Virus record (IMG/VR): IMGVR_UViG_2713896901_000007
Coordinates: 1 to 8,637 of that record
Reading direction: 5' to 3' (one strand)
From: a virus
Lineage: Duplodnaviria; Heunggongvirae; Uroviricota; Caudoviricetes
DNA: 8,637 nucleotides
Part shown: positions 6,556 to 8,637 of the stretch, in pieces
How positions within the stretch are numbered: position 1 is the stretch's first letter
How the letters are laid out: the number at the start of each line of letters is the position of its first letter
Translations under genes and position numbers: made by a program
The notes under the pieces: model-generated
Databases searched by the model: none
The model's input: the letters and a program-made list of their open reading frames with translations, nothing else
Told to the model about the DNA's origin: nothing

Positions 6556-6966
6556 ATGAGAAACGTTTTTACACCTGAATATCGGGAGCAACTGAAGGCG
6601 CGTATTGTGGAACTGGTGCGCAGAGATGGGCGGAAAACACGTAAGCAACTGGAGGATGAAACCGGAGCAACGAGACACCTGATAGAAGTTCTGGCGAAAG
6701 AGCTGGTAGTTAGTGGCACGCTATATGGTTCAGGCCATGGAATATTTCCTTCAGAACAGGCTCGTAAGGACTGGATAAAAGCCTGCAAAAAAATGTCGAG
6801 AGCGGCAGTGAAAAAGAAGAGCGACTCTGGCCTGATTTATTCATTGCCAGATGGCGAAATACGTCGTTACAACAGGCGTCATAATATAATTTGTAATGAG
6901 AGCCGTAACAGTGAAGTGATGCAGCGAGTTTTGATATTTTACACAGGAGTAATGATGGTTCAGTGA
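6556..6966 (+). CDS. hypothetical protein (136 aa), C-terminus encoded by AT-rich DNA and possibly truncated or fused at a junction
   Basis: ATG 6556 with GTGAGG 5 nt upstream, 7 nt after the previous stop. Composition changes sharply at about 6840 inside the ORF. Confidence 0.55.
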   Translation: MRNVFTPEYREQLKARIVELVRRDGRKTRKQLEDETGATRHLIEVLAKELVVSGTLYGSGHGIFPSEQARKDWIKACKKMSRAAVKKKSDSGLIYSLPDGEIRRYNRRHNIICNESRNSEVMQRVLIFYTGVMMVQ

Positions 6967-7321
6967 AAACAATATGAAATCTTTATCTTCTGGTCTTTCA
7001 ACAGATGGGAAAAGTGTAGATATATGAAAATTGTATAGCAATAATTCGCAGCATGGATGCTGTTTGTATGTTGATAAAGTGCTCCCAGTATGCGAGTGTA
7101 AGAGTTGAACCAGCTCCAACTAAGAAACTGGGGGGGATTATTCAGAATGTAGCTAAGTGAATGTTGTTATGAGTATCTGAAAAATTTTTAATGGGTCTAA
7201 GAACACAGCAATGCACAAATGAGGAGTTATCTTTTATTGTGCTTATTAATATGCTCAATGACCCATTGAGATTGATGTTAGTTATGTTAGCCAGAGTGAT
7301 ATAGTGATTATATCTCTGTTG

Positions 7322-8095
7322 TTATATGCTGAAATGAATAATACTATTCCAGAGTGCAGCAGCGAAAGTCTCCTGATGATTGAGTCCTGGGAATTGTACG
7401 ATAGAAAAATTACTGTATTTTTCTGTTAAAATATTTCTCAAAACAGATTCTGCTTTAATGGCTTCAGGATATAAAGATGCGGAGTAATCAAGGCTAAGAT
7501 CTCCGTTAAGTAAGCATATGCTTTTAGTATGCTTTGATTCTGGCATATCATTTTTTATGATCTTGATGATTCTTTCATCCTGCCATAGAAGTGATGGTGC
7601 TGAGATATAATAATAGCTAAAACATGAATTGTGTTTTAAACAATCAAGAACAAAAATGGCACCTAGTGAGTGTCCCCATATACCGAGTTTGGAAGAGGTC
7701 GGAACAACGGTGCTGACCCAGGGCATGATCTGAGTTAGCAATAACTCTCGGAAAGTCTGACTTCCTCCACCAGTGAAGTAGATCCATGCTGGTTTGGAGT
7801 TATCAATAATAGCATTTTCACCACTAGGAGTGTAATCGTAAGCACGGCGGTGAATGTTAAGGTTATCCCAGGATTCATAACTAAGTGTAACTAACACTGG
7901 TGGATTGGGTAGTGCATCAATAACAGGCAGAATATCAGAAATGTAATTGTTGGCACTATTCCCATCAAGTATATAAAGAGTTGCATTATTTTTTTCAATG
8001 TTTTTTGGAGTAAAAATACATATTTTATATTTGGTGTCATGGTTAATTGAGTTAAATATGCGTGTTTGACAATGAATGTCCATATGTTTAGTCAT
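7322..8095 (-). CDS. alpha/beta-hydrolase, esterase-type (257 aa), in a low-GC segment
   Basis: GHSLGA nucleophile elbow (GxSxG), upstream LDGN motif and a C-terminal GLNH segment, resembling the Fes/IroE putative-esterase fold as I remember it. ATG 8095 with GGGGAGAA upstream. No N-terminal signal peptide. Confidence 0.75.
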   Translation of the reverse strand: MTKHMDIHCQTRIFNSINHDTKYKICIFTPKNIEKNNATLYILDGNSANNYISDILPVIDALPNPPVLVTLSYESWDNLNIHRRAYDYTPSGENAIIDNSKPAWIYFTGGGSQTFRELLLTQIMPWVSTVVPTSSKLGIWGHSLGAIFVLDCLKHNSCFSYYYISAPSLLWQDERIIKIIKNDMPESKHTKSICLLNGDLSLDYSASLYPEAIKAESVLRNILTEKYSNFSIVQFPGLNHQETFAAALWNSIIHFSI

Positions 8096-8460
8096 GCGTT
8101 CTCCCCATGAGCATTAAAGGATGCTTAAGATATGCTATGTCACTGATGAAAAATTTGTTGTGTGTGTTTAGATATTTTATCTACCTCCATTATGATTTAA
8201 GACTGATATATGTTATCAGCAAAGGTACATCGTTATTATTTTACCTGTCAATACATTTGATATTGATTATCGTTTACATCGCTTGCTTAGGAAATTGAAG
8301 GCAGATAACTATCATGTCAATGAACTAACCCACAGTCTAACGTACTTCTTTCCCCAATCACCAACAACCAAATTCCTGTTATCATCACCGGGATTTTGGC
8401 GCAACTTCATGGTGCAGAGGTAAATAGCATCAAGCAAAATCTCTTTTTCCGTTGTTGTCC

Positions 8461-8637
8461 TTATGGGACGTCTGTCTTTCTGACCGATTTCATATTGGCG
8501 AGGTAATGGGAAGTTAAGTAGAATGGCTGCGGGTGCTTGAGGCTATCTGTCTCAGGCATGAACACCAAAGGCAGATAGAGAAAAGCCCCAGTTAACATTA
8601 CGCGTCCTGCAAGACGCTTAACATTAATCTGAGGCTC
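8461..8637 (-). CDS. possible 3' end of a gene entering from the right window edge (58 codons, no start in window)
   Basis: My manual translation of the minus frame is open from 8637 to a TAA at 8463..8461 (...LAGRVMLTGAFLYLPLVFMPETDSLKHPQPFYLTSHYLANMKSVRKTDVP). An open frame of this length could be chance. Confidence 0.2.
   Translation of the reverse strand, partial: EPQINVKRLAGRVMLTGAFLYLPLVFMPETDSLKHPQPFYLTSHYLANMKSVRKTDVP

Noticed and set aside
3608-6788. Antisense or out-of-frame track ORFs across the replication genes (3608..3850, 4605..4829, 4941..5123, 4964..5158, 5436..5627, 5442..5624, 5768..5953, 5878..6066, 5957..6145, 6361..6678, 6390..6788)
   Set aside because: Each overlaps a longer ORF that has a Shine-Dalgarno and recognisable motifs. 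None has start signals of its own.
6841-7119. Minus-strand ORF 6841..7119 (92 aa) and plus-strand ORF 8107..8298 (63 aa)
   Set aside because: Lie in AT-rich DNA where open frames arise easily. Products are Cys/His/Tyr-rich nonsense-like strings, and neither has a Shine-Dalgarno.
1-8637. CRISPR array, IS element or integron signatures
   Set aside because: No regularly spaced direct repeats with spacers, no terminal inverted repeats bracketing a transposase-like ORF, and no integrase or attC-like sites seen.

Overview
This window reads as the immunity and replication core of a lambdoid, Rac-like prophage from an enterobacterial genome, probably E. coli or a close relative. A racR-like repressor (minus strand, 2682..3158) is flanked by two near-identical operator-promoter modules. 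The right-hand one (pR) drives ydaS-like (Cro-type HTH), ydaT-like, an O-like initiator with internal iterons, a DnaC-like helicase loader whose frame is broken at an A5 tract, a tandem winged-helix protein and one more small gene. The left-hand one (pL) drives an early-left operon whose first two cistrons are a 50-aa YdaF/YdaG-like protein and an uncharacterised 212-216-aa protein; this is the best candidate for an undescribed accessory function. Further left are two small coupled ORFs and a gene truncated by the window edge. From about 6840 to 8330 the composition turns AT-rich and carries a minus-strand alpha/beta-hydrolase (esterase-type) gene, which looks like foreign cargo or a prophage deletion junction. 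No rRNA, tRNA, CRISPR array or recognisable IS element was found. All family assignments are from reading the translations and from remembered gene order; no database search was run.
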